NCBI RefSeq assembly: GCF_030384885.1 | Contig: NZ_CP128615.1 | Strand: one strand, 5' to 3' | Length of the DNA stretch: 64,000 nt | Source of the DNA: Escherichia coli | GTDB taxonomy: Bacteria; Pseudomonadota; Gammaproteobacteria; Enterobacterales; Enterobacteriaceae | In this document: in pieces, positions 28,330 through 39,462 of the stretch | Numbering within the stretch: position 1 is the first letter of the stretch | How the letters are laid out: each line of letters starts with the position of its first letter | Notes under the pieces: generated by a model | Databases searched by the model: none | What the model was told of the DNA's origin: nothing | The model's input: the letters and a program-made list of their open reading frames with translations, nothing else | Made by a program: the position numbers and the translations under genes

Positions 28330-28660
28330 TCAGGACCGCTGCCGGAGCGCAACCCACTCACTACAGCAGAGCCATGTAGACAACATCCCCTCCCCCTTTC
28401 CACCGCGTCAGACGCCCGTAGCAGCCCGCTACGGGCTTTTTCATGCCCTGCCCTAGCGTCCAAGCCTCACGGCCGCGCTCGGCCTCTCTGGCGGCCTTCT
28501 GGCGCTCCTGCTGCGGCGTCCGCTCGTGGGCCGTGGCGCGGGTCCGCGCGCCGGCCTCGTGCGCCTGGCGCTCGCGGGCGAGGTCCAGGGCGGCCGTCTT
28601 CACGTTCTGCCTTGCGCAGATGAGATAGGGGAGCCCGCAGAATTCGGAAAAAATCGTACG

Positions 28661-31627
28661 CTAAGGTTTTCCGGGCATCCGTAAGGGCCGAAACTTCCCG
28701 TCTTCCAGTCTGCGGCTCTGCCGCCAGACGTAATCGCCGGTTAGGTTGATGTGCTCCCAGCCCAGCGGCGACAGGAATTGCAGCAGCTCGCCGTCCACCG
28801 GCTTGCCGGCCTCGACCAACCCCTGGGTGGCGCGTTCCAGGTACACCGTGTTCCACAGCACGATAGCCGCCGTCACCAGGTTGAGGCCGCTGGCCCGGTA
28901 GCGCTGCTGCTCGAAGCTCCGATCCCTGATTTCCCCAAGGCGGTTGAAGAACACCGCCCTGGCCAGCGAGTTGCGCGCCTCACCTTTGTTCAGGCCGGCA
29001 TGCACGCGGCGGCGCAGTTCAACACTTTGCAGCCAGTCCAGGATGAACAGCGTGCGCTCGATCCGGCCCAGCTCGCGCAGGGCCACGGCCAGTCCGTTCT
29101 GGCGCGGGTAGCTGCCGAGCTTGCGCAGCATCAGCGAGGCGGTGACGGTGCCCTGCTTGATCGAGCTGGCCAGGCGCAGGATGTCGTCCCAGTGGGCACG
29201 CACGTGCTTGATGTTCAGGGTGCCGCCGATCAGCGGGCGCAACGTCGGGTAGGCTTGCACGCCCTGCGGCACGTACAGCTTGGTTTCGCCGAGGTCGCGG
29301 ATGCGCGGCGCGAAGCGGAAGCCTAGCAGGTGCATCAGGGCAAAGACGTGATCGGTGAAGCCGGCCGTGTCGGTGTAGTGCTCCTCGATCCGCAGGTCGG
29401 ACTCGTGGTACAGCAGGCCGTCGAGCACATAGGTGGAATCGCGGACGCCGACATTCACCACGCGGGTGCTGAACGGCGCGTACTGGTCGGAGATATGGGT
29501 ATAGAACAGCCGTCCCGGCTCGCTACCGTACTTCGGGTTGACGTGCCCGGTGCTCTCGCCCCGGCCACCCGCGCGGAAGCGCTGGCCATCGGAGGATGAG
29601 GTCGTGCCGTCGCCCCAGTGGGCGGCAAAGGCGTGGCGATACTGGTGGTTGACCAGCTCGGCCAAGGCCGCCGAATAGGTTTCGTCGCGGATGTGCCAGG
29701 CTTGCAGCCAGGACAGCTTGGCGTAGGTCAGGCCGGGGCTCGACTCGGCCATCTTGGTCAGCCCGAGGTTGATCGCATCACCGAGGATTGCGGACAGCAG
29801 CAACGTCCTGTCTTTGGCCTCGGCCCCGTCCTTCAAGTGGGTGAAGTGGCGGCTGAAGCCCGTCCAGTCGTCCACGTCCATCAGCAGTTCGGTGATCTTG
29901 ATGCGCGGCAGTAACTGGCTGGTTTGGTCGATCAGCGCCTGCGCCCGATCCGGCACCGCCGCATCCAGCGGGGTGATTTTCAGCCCTGACTCGGTGAGGA
30001 TGGCATCGGGCAGCTCGTTGTCCTTGGCCAGGCGGGTGACGGTGGCCAACTGCTCGTCCAGCAGCTGCAAACGCTCTTCCAGGTACTGGTCGCTGTTCGG
30101 GTTGATCGCCAGGGGCAGGGCCTGCTCGCGCTTGAGTGCGGCGAACTTCTCGGCCGGCAGCAGGTAGTCGTCGAAGTCGCGGAACTGCCGCGAGCCCTTG
30201 ACCCAGATGTCGCCGGAGCGCAGGGCGTTCTTCAGCTCGGACAGGGCGCAGATTTCGTAGAATTTCCGGTCGAGGCCTTCCGGGGTGATCACCAGCGGCT
30301 TCCAGCGCGGCTTGATGAAGGCCGTGGGTGCATCGGCCGGCACCTTGCGCAGGTTGTCGGCGTTCATCTCACGCAGGGTCTGCACGGCTGCCAGCACGCC
30401 TTGCGCGGCCGGCGCGGCGCGCAGTTCCAGCACCTCCAGCAAGGCCGGCGTGTAACGGCGCAGGGTGGCGAAGTTCTCGCCGACCAGGTGCAGGTGGTCG
30501 AAGCCTTCCGGCCGGGCCAGCAGCTCGGCCTCGCTGACGCTCTCGGTGAACTCGTCCCAGGGAATCACCGCCTCGATGGCGGCATAGGGGTCGCTGCCGC
30601 TTTCCTTCGCTTCCAGCAGCGCCTGGCCGATCCTGGAGTACAGGCGCACCTTGTCGTTGATCGCCTTGCCCTGCTTCTGGAACTGCTGCTGATGCTTGTG
30701 CTTCGCGCCGCTGAACAGCTTGACCAGGATGCGGTCATGCAGATCGACCAGCTCATCGATCACGGTCGCGGTGCTCTCCAGCACCACGGCGGCCAGGGTC
30801 GCGTAGCGGCGCTGCGGCTCGAACTTACCGAGGTCTTTGGGCGTCATCTGCCCACCCTCGCGGGCCAGCTTGAGCAGGCGGTTCTGGTGGATGTGCCGGC
30901 CCAGGCCTTCGGGCAAGTCCACCAACTGAAATGTCTTCAGCCGCTCGATGTGTTCCAGCATGTGCCGAGAGTTGGGTTTCAGCGGTGCCTGGCGCAGCCA
31001 GGTCAACCAGGTGATGCTGCTGCCGGCCTTGAGCTTCAACAGCTCGTCCAGCTTGGCCCGATGCGAGTCCGTGAGTGGTTCGACCAGGGCGCGGTAGACC
31101 CGCCGATTGGCTCGCGCAATGGCTTCCGAGCAGGCCCGGTCAATCACGCTCAGCGCCGGCAGGATGCGTCGTTTCTGCCGTAGGCTCTCCAGGGCCTGAC
31201 CGGCCAGCAGCAAGCCTTTGTCGGTCTGCTGGGCCAGCTCGGTTAGCTCGCGCACCAGGGCGCGGAAGTCGGACAGGCCGAACGGGGCCAGTTGCAGGTA
31301 GGTGCGCAGTTCCTGGGCATGCTCGCGACGGGTCACGTCGCGCTCGCCGTACTTTGCCCAGCTCGCCGGCTCGGCCTGGACTTGCTTCGCCACCCACAGG
31401 ATGACCGGCTCGGGCAGCTCGCTGTCGGTTCCCAGCGCGTAACCGGGGTAGCGCAGCAGGCAGAGCTGCACGGCGAAGCCGAGGCGGTTGGCGTCGCCGC
31501 GTCGCTGGCGGATCAGCGACAGGTCGGAGTCGTTGAAGGTGTAGTAGCGGATCAGGTCATCCTGGCTTTCCGGCAGCGCAAGCAGGGTGTCCCGCTCCGT
31601 GGCCGAGAGGATCAAGCGACGCGGCAT
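28661..31627 (-). CDS. tnpA: Tn3-family (Tn21/Tn501 subgroup) transposase
   Basis: 988 aa; ...[16 protein letters not shown]... C-terminus. Confidence 0.9.
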   Translation of the reverse strand: MPRRLILSATERDTLLALPESQDDLIRYYTFNDSDLSLIRQRRGDANRLGFAVQLCLLRYPGYALGTDSELPEPVILWVAKQVQAEPASWAKYGERDVTRREHAQELRTYLQLAPFGLSDFRALVRELTELAQQTDKGLLLAGQALESLRQKRRILPALSVIDRACSEAIARANRRVYRALVEPLTDSHRAKLDELLKLKAGSSITWLTWLRQAPLKPNSRHMLEHIERLKTFQLVDLPEGLGRHIHQNRLLKLAREGGQMTPKDLGKFEPQRRYATLAAVVLESTATVIDELVDLHDRILVKLFSGAKHKHQQQFQKQGKAINDKVRLYSRIGQALLEAKESGSDPYAAIEAVIPWDEFTESVSEAELLARPEGFDHLHLVGENFATLRRYTPALLEVLELRAAPAAQGVLAAVQTLREMNADNLRKVPADAPTAFIKPRWKPLVITPEGLDRKFYEICALSELKNALRSGDIWVKGSRQFRDFDDYLLPAEKFAALKREQALPLAINPNSDQYLEERLQLLDEQLATVTRLAKDNELPDAILTESGLKITPLDAAVPDRAQALIDQTSQLLPRIKITELLMDVDDWTGFSRHFTHLKDGAEAKDRTLLLSAILGDAINLGLTKMAESSPGLTYAKLSWLQAWHIRDETYSAALAELVNHQYRHAFAAHWGDGTTSSSDGQRFRAGGRGESTGHVNPKYGSEPGRLFYTHISDQYAPFSTRVVNVGVRDSTYVLDGLLYHESDLRIEEHYTDTAGFTDHVFALMHLLGFRFAPRIRDLGETKLYVPQGVQAYPTLRPLIGGTLNIKHVRAHWDDILRLASSIKQGTVTASLMLRKLGSYPRQNGLAVALRELGRIERTLFILDWLQSVELRRRVHAGLNKGEARNSLARAVFFNRLGEIRDRSFEQQRYRASGLNLVTAAIVLWNTVYLERATQGLVEAGKPVDGELLQFLSPLGWEHINLTGDYVWRQSRRLEDGKFRPLRMPGKP

Positions 31628-31630
31628 GTG

Positions 31631-32191
31631 TCAGTCGTCCGTGCGGAGGTACTGGTAGAGGGTTTCCCGGCTGATGTTGAACTCGCGGGCAAGCTGCGCC
31701 TTGGGCTCGCCGGCCGTCGCTCGCTGCCGCAGGGTAGCAGCCTGCTCATCGGACAGGGCTTTCTTGCGGCCCCGGTACGCGCCACGCTGCTTGGCCAAGG
31801 CGATGCCCTCACGCTGCCGCTCGCGGATCAGGGCGCGCTCGAACTCAGCGAAGGCCCCCATCACCGACAGCATCAGGTTGGCCATCGGCGAGTCCTCGCC
31901 AGTGAACACCAGGCCCTCCTTCAGGAACTCGATGCGCACGCCGCGCTGAGTCAGCTTCTGTACCAAGCGACGCAGGTCATCGAGGTTGCGGGCCAGCCGA
32001 TCCATGCTGTGCACCACCACTGTATCGCCTTCGCGGACGAAGCTCAGCAGCGCTTCGAGCTGGGGGCGCTGGGTGTCCTTGCCCGATGCCTTGTCGGTGA
32101 ACACCTTGCTCACCTGGGTTTGTTCCAGCTGGCGTTCCGGGTTCTGGTCAAAGCTGCTGACCCGGACGTAGCCGATGCGGTGCCCCTGCAC
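31631..32191 (-). CDS. tnpR: serine resolvase
   Basis: 186 aa; IGYVRVSSFDQN catalytic Ser motif; C-terminal HTH. Confidence 0.9.
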   Translation of the reverse strand: MQGHRIGYVRVSSFDQNPERQLEQTQVSKVFTDKASGKDTQRPQLEALLSFVREGDTVVVHSMDRLARNLDDLRRLVQKLTQRGVRIEFLKEGLVFTGEDSPMANLMLSVMGAFAEFERALIRERQREGIALAKQRGAYRGRKKALSDEQAATLRQRATAGEPKAQLAREFNISRETLYQYLRTDD

Positions 32192-32330
32192 GATGTCTCC
32201 TTGGTTGAAGGCGGCTTAAGTGCACTTTCTGTTCCGTTGTGCCTCAAAGCCCATTTCTGTCAGGCTGAAATCTATAACCTTCGCGGGCATGTGTCAAAAA
32301 ATGGGAAAGCAGACTCTATTCTGACGAAGC
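32192..32330. promoter_or_regulatory. probable res site / tnpR promoter of Tn1721
   Basis: Position directly upstream of tnpR; subsites not resolved by eye. Confidence 0.4.
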
Positions 32331-32499
32331 GGCGCGCCCTGCCTGACATCAAGTTAGGGTATAGCCTAGATTGACATGCGCGATGCAACCCTTAACTTGC
32401 TTGCACCTATCGTTTCCATGCTAGCTTTATCGTAACGCTCAAGAAATTGGGCTTAATGCCGAAAACAATAAAATAAAACAGCCAACCCTTGAGGTTCTT

Positions 32500-34077
32500 A
32501 TGCGCCAGAATTTACCAGTGACGGGTCGAAACTTAGAACTCCCAAAAGATGCCAATATTCTTTCGACTACCTCCCCTCAAAGCCATATCACGTACGTTAA
32601 TCCTGACTTCATTAAAATCAGTGGTTTCACTGAGGAAGAACTATTAGGCCAGCCTCACAACATCGTAAGACACCCAGATATGCCGCCTGCTGCATTTGAG
32701 CATATGTGGAGTACATTAAAATCTGGCCGCTCATGGATGGGGCTAGTAAAAAATCGCTGTAAAAATGGCGACCACTATTGGGTAAGTGCTTATGTAACGC
32801 CAATAGCTAAGAATGGTTCGATTGTTGAATACCAGTCTGTAAGGACCAAGCCTGAACCTGAGCAGGTTTTGGCTGCGGAAAAATTATATGCTCAATTGAG
32901 AAGCGGGAAGGCCGCGAGGCCGAAATTGGCTGCTAGCTTTTCCGTGAAAATACTCTTGCTCATATGGGGTAGTATTATATCAAGCGCAATGGCTGCCGGC
33001 ATGCTTACTGATACATCAATAAGCAGCTTATTGTTAGCCACTTTAATGTCAGGAAGCTTAAGCTCTGTTAGTGTTTTGGCTATTCTCTCTCCTCTTGGAA
33101 GACTGGTTGAAAGAGCCAGGAATATTTCCAATAACCCATTAAGTCAATCCCTCTACACTGGGCGCACCGATGAGTTTGGCCAAATAGAGTTTGCTTTACG
33201 AATGATGCAAGCTGAAACAGGCGCCATAGTAGGTCGCATAGGTGATGCATCAAATCGGCTTAGCGAACACACCCGAGGCCTACTAAAGGATATTGAGTCA
33301 AGCAATGTACTTACAGTTGAGCAGCAGGCAGAGACAGATCAAATAGCAACGGCAGTAAACCAAATGGTGGCAAGCATTCAAGAGGTTGCGAGCAATGCAC
33401 AGCATGCTGCAGATGCGGCCGGAAGAGCAGACACTGAGACGGCATCTGGCCAGCGTCTGGTAGCCCACACAAGCCAGTCAATCACTGCCCTTGAAGGTGA
33501 AATTAGGCAAGCCACTCAGGTTATTCATGAGCTTGAAGGTCAAAGTAACGAGATATCAAAAGTTCTTGACGTTATACGAGGGATCGCCGAGCAAACGAAT
33601 TTGTTGGCACTCAACGCAGCAATTGAGGCCGCGCGTGCTGGTGAGCAGGGGCGTGGTTTTGCTGTTGTCGCCGATGAGGTTCGCAGTCTTGCTGCTCGCA
33701 CACAGCAATCGACAACGGATATTCAAAGCATGATCAGCGCTCTACAAGAGCGAGCGCAATCCGCTGTTACAGTCATGGAGCAAAGTAGTCGGCAAGCGCA
33801 CACGAGTGTAGCTCACGCAGAGGAAGCAGCTACAGCTCTTGATGGAATTGGCCAACGCGTTAACGAAATTACCGACATGAACGCGCAAATAGCGACTGCG
33901 GTCGAGCAGCAGGGAGCAGTAAGTGAAGACATAAACCGCAGTATTATCAATATACGCGATGCTGCTGATACCAATGTACAGACCGGGCAGAATAATTTGC
34001 AAAGTGCGAAATCTGTCGCTCAGTTAACTAGCGCTCTGAGCGAACTGGCAAAACAGTTTTGGGAAAAACGAGGATAA
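32500..34077 (+). CDS. PAS-domain methyl-accepting chemotaxis-like protein (Tn1721 orfI)
   Basis: 525 aa; N-terminal PAS ([14 protein letters not shown]...HYWV), TM region, conserved MCP signalling hairpin [32 protein letters not shown]. Confidence 0.85.
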   Translation: MRQNLPVTGRNLELPKDANILSTTSPQSHITYVNPDFIKISGFTEEELLGQPHNIVRHPDMPPAAFEHMWSTLKSGRSWMGLVKNRCKNGDHYWVSAYVTPIAKNGSIVEYQSVRTKPEPEQVLAAEKLYAQLRSGKAARPKLAASFSVKILLLIWGSIISSAMAAGMLTDTSISSLLLATLMSGSLSSVSVLAILSPLGRLVERARNISNNPLSQSLYTGRTDEFGQIEFALRMMQAETGAIVGRIGDASNRLSEHTRGLLKDIESSNVLTVEQQAETDQIATAVNQMVASIQEVASNAQHAADAAGRADTETASGQRLVAHTSQSITALEGEIRQATQVIHELEGQSNEISKVLDVIRGIAEQTNLLALNAAIEAARAGEQGRGFAVVADEVRSLAARTQQSTTDIQSMISALQERAQSAVTVMEQSSRQAHTSVAHAEEAATALDGIGQRVNEITDMNAQIATAVEQQGAVSEDINRSIINIRDAADTNVQTGQNNLQSAKSVAQLTSALSELAKQFWEKRG

Positions 34078-34300
34078 CGCTTTTCAGTATCTCGACAGGG
34101 ATAACTTACTTTACCATCGGTTATCCCTTTTAGCCGCACAAATTTTAGCCATGGCTTTTCAGGAAGTCAGGGCTATCAGAATGGCCTTAGAAAGCCTAGT
34201 CAAAGAGCTGTCACGAGAACACCGTTAGCTTAGCGTACGATTTTTTCCGAATTCTGCGGTTCCCCCTTAATTTCAGTATCTGTTATTACAGTTGGGTATC

Positions 34301-34372
34301 GGTGATGCTGCCAACTTACTGATTTAGTGTATGATGGTGTTTTTGAGGTGCTCCAGTGGCTTCTGTTTCTAT
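34301..34372 (+). mobile_element. IS1 left-end fragment (72 bp)
   Basis: GGTGATGCTGCCAACTTACTGATTTAGTGTATGATGGTG...CTTCTGTTTCTAT, then a Tn3-type inverted repeat. Confidence 0.85.
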
Positions 34373-34745
34373 GGGGTCAGTTTGGATATCGAAAATTATT
34401 GTACGTTAAGGTCGTTTTTTGACCTTTCTACTTTAGCTGGCCTCAGCCGACGAAACTTACCGGAGGCCGGTATTCTGTTGTTTTTCCAGATGTAATCGCC
34501 TGTCAGATTGATATGCTCCCAGCCTAACGGCGACAAATGTGACAGCAGTTGCTCGTTGATCTTCACCCCTTTACGCTTCAGGGCATCGACCGCTCTTTCC
34601 ATATACACTGTATTCCACAGCGAGATAGTTGCTGTCAGCAGCGTCAGTCCACTGGCGCGGTAGCTCTGATTTTCCGGTTTACGATCCCTGATTTCACCCA
34701 GACGGTGCAGGAATACCGCGCGCGCTAGAGAGAGCTCCCATCGCT
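34373..34745 (-). mobile_element. Tn3-family transposon end: 38-bp inverted repeat plus the last ~115 codons of tnpA
   Basis: GGGGTCAGTTTGGATATCGAAAATTATTGTACGTTAAG. Minus-strand ORF ...[16 protein letters not shown]...[16 protein letters not shown]...; homology lost upstream of about 34745. Confidence 0.75.
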
Positions 34746-35250
34746 GCGCGACGGGCCCCAACCGGAGAACCAAGTTAGTTACAGCATTCAGATGAAAATT
34801 CATCATAAAACCGGCGCCGGTTTGCCAGCCAGGAGCCCCTCCCCACCACTGAAAAGCGCCGCCGCCCCCGGCCGAAGGCCGGGAGTAGTGTCGCTTTTAA
34901 TGATGGGTGTTGTAACTACTCTTCGTCATCTCTGTGAGTAGTGTCGCGGTAAGTTCTGGGATACACGCTCGTAAGCGGCCCTAACGGCCCGCTAACGCGG
35001 AGATACGCCCCGACTGCGGCTGTCGCCTTGCCGGGACCACTCCGACCGCGTACAGAGGCATCTGAGCCGTTTTTAGCGGGTATAGCTTTGCAGGGAAGGG
35101 GGTGGGTGAGGCAGAACCTGTCAAAACAGCAGCCGGCTGCGCCGGGCGACGGCGCCATTTACCCGCAGTACTCCATTCAACTTCAGCTGGCGCCTCCATG
35201 CCGCTGACGCGGCATTATCTATACTTTAAGTCTGGCCACTGGAGGTAACC

Positions 35251-35335
35251 ATGTGCGGACGTTTTTCTCAGTCTATGACGCGGGAAGAGTATCTTTCTCT
35301 CCTCGCCAATGAAGCCGATCGAAATATTGCCTACG
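35251..35335 (+). pseudogene. N-terminal 28 codons of an SRAP (YedK-like, MCGRF...) gene cut by IS903
   Basis: GGAGG RBS, then MCGRFSQSMTREEYLSLLANEADRNIAY, then the IS903 inverted repeat at 35336. Confidence 0.6.
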
Positions 35336-35496
35336 GGCTTTGTTGAATAAATCAGATTTCGGGTAAGTCTCCCCCGTAGCGGGTTGTGTTTTCAGGCAAT
35401 ACGCACGCTTTCAGGCATACCTGCTTTCGTCATTTTGTTCAGCGCTCGTACCAGGGCCATAGCGGGGTCGTTTGCGGGAGGGGGCGGAATCCTACG

Positions 35497-38382
35497 CTAA
35501 GGCTTTGGCCAGCGATATTCTCCGGTGAGATTGATGTGTTCCCATCCGAGCGGCGAAACATGGGCCAAGAGATCGGGCGATAGCAGCTTTCCATCGCGTT
35601 TCTGGTTTGCAACGACCTCGCCGAGCTTCATGGTGTTCCAGAAGATGATGATGGCGGCGAGCAGATTCATGCCGGCGATGCGGTAATGCTGGCCTTCGGC
35701 GGAACGGTCGCGGATTTCACCGCGGCGGTGGAAGCTGATTGCCCGCTTCAGCGCATGATGAGCTTCGCCTTTGTTGAGCCCGATCTGGGCACGCCGTTGG
35801 AGTTCGGCATCCAGAATCCAGTCGATCATGAACAGGGTGCGCTCGACGCGACCGACTTCCCGCAGGGCTGTCGCGAGCTCGTTCTGCCGCGGATAGGAGG
35901 CGAGTTTCCGCAGAATCTGGCTTGGCGCGACGGTCCCGGCAGCAATGGTGGCGGCGATGCGCAGGATGTCGGGCCAATTGCGCTCGATCATGGCTTGGTT
36001 GACCTTTCCGCCGATCAACGCTCGCAGGTGCGCCGGGGCGGCCGACGGATTGAACGCGTAGAGCCGTTTGGATGGCAGGTCGCGGATGCGCGGAGCGAAC
36101 CGGTAGCCGAGAATGGCACATGCGGCAAAGACGTGATCGGTGAAGCCGCCCGTGTCGGTGAACTGCTCGCGGATATGGCGTCCAGCATCGTTCATCAGCA
36201 GGCCATCGAGGATGTAAGGCGCTTCGCTTGCCGTTGCAGGAATCACCTGGGTTGCGAACGGCGCATATTGGTCGGAGACGTGGCTATAGGCTTTCAGGCC
36301 CGGGGTATTGCCATATTTCGCGTTGACCAGGTTCATGGCCTCACCTTGCTCTGTAGCGACGAAGAACTGTCCGTCGCTCGAAGCCGACGTGCCCATGCCC
36401 CAGAACCGGGCCATGGGTAACGCTGCCTGTGCCTCGACCACCATGGCCAGCGCCCGGTCATAGGCTTCGCCCTCGACATGCCACCGTCCAATGCGGATCA
36501 ATTCCCAGAAGGTGTGGGTGTTTGTCGCATCCGCCATTTTGCGCAAGCCGAGGTTGATCCCTTCCGCCAAGATAACGTTCATTAGCCCGATCCGGTCAGC
36601 GCAGGGTGCTCCTGTGCGCAGATGGGTGAACGCTTCGGTGAAGCCGGTCGCCGCATCCACCTCCAGCAGGAGATCGGTGATGCGCGTGGGCGGGATCTGC
36701 TTGTAGAGATCGAGCACCAGATCTTCGGCGCCTGTCGGCGCGGCGGCTTCGAGTTTCTCGATATGCAGAACGCCGTTTTCAATCGACCCGCCCGGGATCG
36801 TGCCTGCGCGAGCGGCACGGCCAAGCTCGCGCAACCGCATGTCGAGGCGAGCTTGCCGGTCTGCCAGCCATTCCTCCGGCCGCAATGGCACAGCGAGACG
36901 ACCGCCTTCCGCGATGGATTGTGCCGGAACGAGTGCGTGTTTCAGATCGCCATAGCGCCGGGACCTAGTAAGCCAGACATCTCCGGAGCGGAACGCATCG
37001 CGCAGATGGAACAGCACCGCGATCTCCCATAGGCGAGCGTCGCCAGCCCTCTGGGCCCGAAGGTGGCGATGCCATTTCGAGCTGGGCCGCAAGAAGCTGG
37101 TCATCGCGGCATCGTTCAAACCGGTACGAAGGGCCGTCACCGCTTCCAGAAGCGGCAGTGCAACGGGCGCAGCTCGCAGATCGAGCAGGCGCAACATGCG
37201 TGGAGCGTATCGGCGGAAGCGGTGATAACCGTCGAGCACATGATTGAGCGGATCGTCGGCCATGGTGGCGGTCAGCCTGGTTGCCATTGCAACAAGGGTT
37301 TTTAAGCCGTCCCACCCTGACCCACTCGCGATGACATCGCCCAGCGGCTGGCCATCATCCTGTGCATCGACCAGGGCGCCCCCGATCTCGGCGAAGGATT
37401 TCAGGGTGTCACGCACCACCCCCGCTTCGTCTGCGACCTTTGCATGGCAAATACGCTCCGAAGCACGGTAGAGACGGCCGACGATCCGGTCGTGGGTTTC
37501 GACCACTGCGTCGGCCAACATCGCCTGCCATTCCGAGACGCAAACAGCCAAGATCGCAAGCCGCCTGTCCTCCGGGAGATCGCGCATGCCGTCGGCATAA
37601 TACCGTTCACCCTGCCTGCGCAGACGAGTCACCCGATGGGCAGGAACGCCGGCAAGCAGATCCTCGGGGAGATCGATGCGTTGCAGATATTCGAGCCGGT
37701 CGAGCAGCCGGTTGGCCGACGAAGAGTTCGAGCCAGGCTCGAACTGGCGCAGCCACACAAAACGGGTCACCCGATCATCAGCCGTCTCCTCGAGCAATGC
37801 CAGCAACTGTTCTCGGATCGACATAGGCAGCCGACTGGCGATCCTCGTCTCGATGCGTCGCTCGGCATCGACGAGAGCCGCGGCACAAAGCCGCTCGATC
37901 GTGGATGTCGCGGGAAGGACAGTGCGGGTGCGTCGGCACTCGGCTACGAAGCGACGGGCGATATCCTCGTTCGACACCGCCATCTCGGCTTCTCGGAACA
38001 ACCATTCCTTCAGCTCGCTCGCACCACGTCCGGAGAAGGTGCGGAAGCCGTAGAGCCCCCGTAACTCGGCAAGATGCTCGTGCCGTGTTTCCTCGCGGGC
38101 AGCATAGTCTACGAGATCGTCGGCACCCAGGCCAAGCTGCGCTCCGATAAATTCGATGACCTCTGCAGGGATCAGTTCGCCTGGAGCCAGCACCCGGCCG
38201 GGATAGCGCAGGACACACAATTGCAGGGCGAAGCCGAACCTGTTGTGAGCGCGCCGACGCAGCCTGATATGCCCAAGGTCTTCATCACTCAGCGTATAGT
38301 GCTTGAGCAAATCCGTCTGTGAAGTCGGCAAGCGCAACAGCGCGTCTTTCTGCCGATCGGTTAGAGTGACGCGACGCGGCAT
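35497..38382 (-). CDS. tnpA: Tn5393 Tn3-family transposase
   Basis: 961 aa; C-terminal ...[19 protein letters not shown]. Confidence 0.9.
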   Translation of the reverse strand: MPRRVTLTDRQKDALLRLPTSQTDLLKHYTLSDEDLGHIRLRRRAHNRFGFALQLCVLRYPGRVLAPGELIPAEVIEFIGAQLGLGADDLVDYAAREETRHEHLAELRGLYGFRTFSGRGASELKEWLFREAEMAVSNEDIARRFVAECRRTRTVLPATSTIERLCAAALVDAERRIETRIASRLPMSIREQLLALLEETADDRVTRFVWLRQFEPGSNSSSANRLLDRLEYLQRIDLPEDLLAGVPAHRVTRLRRQGERYYADGMRDLPEDRRLAILAVCVSEWQAMLADAVVETHDRIVGRLYRASERICHAKVADEAGVVRDTLKSFAEIGGALVDAQDDGQPLGDVIASGSGWDGLKTLVAMATRLTATMADDPLNHVLDGYHRFRRYAPRMLRLLDLRAAPVALPLLEAVTALRTGLNDAAMTSFLRPSSKWHRHLRAQRAGDARLWEIAVLFHLRDAFRSGDVWLTRSRRYGDLKHALVPAQSIAEGGRLAVPLRPEEWLADRQARLDMRLRELGRAARAGTIPGGSIENGVLHIEKLEAAAPTGAEDLVLDLYKQIPPTRITDLLLEVDAATGFTEAFTHLRTGAPCADRIGLMNVILAEGINLGLRKMADATNTHTFWELIRIGRWHVEGEAYDRALAMVVEAQAALPMARFWGMGTSASSDGQFFVATEQGEAMNLVNAKYGNTPGLKAYSHVSDQYAPFATQVIPATASEAPYILDGLLMNDAGRHIREQFTDTGGFTDHVFAACAILGYRFAPRIRDLPSKRLYAFNPSAAPAHLRALIGGKVNQAMIERNWPDILRIAATIAAGTVAPSQILRKLASYPRQNELATALREVGRVERTLFMIDWILDAELQRRAQIGLNKGEAHHALKRAISFHRRGEIRDRSAEGQHYRIAGMNLLAAIIIFWNTMKLGEVVANQKRDGKLLSPDLLAHVSPLGWEHINLTGEYRWPKP

Positions 38383-38507
38383 ACATGTTCCTTTTTCAAA
38401 ATCTGATAGCGTTCAAGACGCTTTGTTTATGAAGCTGGTTGAGATACATTTCCAGAGGTCAATGCAATCGTGGCCGAAGCGCCGCCTCAAACCAACGTTT
38501 GTGATAC
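38383..38507. promoter_or_regulatory. probable res site between divergent tnpA and tnpR
   Basis: Position only. Confidence 0.45.
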
Positions 38508-39122
38508 ATGCTGATCGGATATGCCCGCGTCTCCAAAGCCGATGGCTCGCAGTCTCTCGACCTGCAGCACGACGCCTTGCGCGCCGCAGGTGTCGAACGG
38601 GACAATATCTATGATGATCTTGCTTCCGGCGGTCGTGATGATCGCCCTGGCTTGACTGCCTGCCTCAAGTCATTGCGTGACGGCGATGTGCTGGTGGTCT
38701 GGAAGCTCGATCGCCTCGGACGATCGCTTGCCCATCTGGTCAACACGGTGAAGGAGCTGTCAGACCGCAAGATCGGCCTGCGGGTTCTGACTGGAAAGGG
38801 CGCTCAGATCGACACCACGACTGCGTCCGGTCGCATGGTGTTCGGAATCTTCGCCACCTTGGCCGAGTTCGAGCGGGATCTGATCCGAGAGCGCACCATG
38901 GCGGGTCTCGCCTCCGCGAGAGCGCGCGGTCGCAAGGGCGGACGAAAATTCGCGCTCACCAAAGCTCAGGTGCGTCTCGCGCAAGCCGCCATGGCCCAGC
39001 GCGATACTTCAGTTTCCGATCTCTGCAAGGAACTCGGCATCGAGCGCGTCACTCTCTACCGATATGTCGGTCCCAAAGGCGAGCTCAGAGACCATGGAAA
39101 GCATGTTCTCGGACTTACGTAG
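38508..39122 (+). CDS. tnpR: Tn5393 resolvase
   Basis: MLIGYARVSKADGSQSLDLQ...; its TAG stop is also the 3-bp duplication flanking IS1133. Confidence 0.9.
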   Translation: MLIGYARVSKADGSQSLDLQHDALRAAGVERDNIYDDLASGGRDDRPGLTACLKSLRDGDVLVVWKLDRLGRSLAHLVNTVKELSDRKIGLRVLTGKGAQIDTTTASGRMVFGIFATLAEFERDLIRERTMAGLASARARGRKGGRKFALTKAQVRLAQAAMAQRDTSVSDLCKELGIERVTLYRYVGPKGELRDHGKHVLGLT

Positions 39123-39186
39123 TGGACTTGCCTCGGTTTCGTTCCGGTCTTTTTGAGAGCATTATTTGTTATCAAGGAGACCATAT

Positions 39187-39462
39187 ATGTCATTAAAGCA
39201 TAGTGATGAATTTAAGCGTGATGCAGTTCGCATAGCACTCACTAGTGGCTTAACACGCCGTCAAGTTGCGTCAGATTTAAGTATTGGGCTTTCCACGCTT
39301 GGGAAATGGATCGCATCAATTTCCGATGAAACTAAAATTCCTACCCAAGACACTGATCTTCTGCGTGAGAATGAACGTTTACGCAAAGAGAACCGTATCC
39401 TTCGGGAGGAGAGGGAGATATTAAAAAAGGCAGCAATATTTTTCGCAGTACAAAAGCTGTGA
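39187..39462 (+). CDS. IS1133 OrfA
   Basis: MSLKHSDEFKRDAVRIALTSGLTRRQVASDL... Confidence 0.85.
   Translation: MSLKHSDEFKRDAVRIALTSGLTRRQVASDLSIGLSTLGKWIASISDETKIPTQDTDLLRENERLRKENRILREEREILKKAAIFFAVQKL

Larger units (their letters stand above)
28628..34266 (-). mobile_element. Tn1722 backbone of Tn1721 (5639 bp) bounded by 38-bp inverted repeats
   Basis: GGGGAGCCCGCAGAATTCGGAAAAAATCGTACGCTAAG at 28628 and its near-perfect inverse ending at 34266. Together with 25208-28627 this is a Tn1721 lacking its distal end. Confidence 0.85.

Noticed and set aside
28751-32374. Many long antisense ORFs (191-360 aa) opposite Tn1721 tnpA/tnpR; likewise 35686-38322 opposite Tn5393 tnpA
   Set aside because: High-GC DNA gives stop-poor antisense frames. 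The products are low-complexity (Arg/Ala/Gly/Pro-rich), and the sense strand encodes well-recognised transposases.
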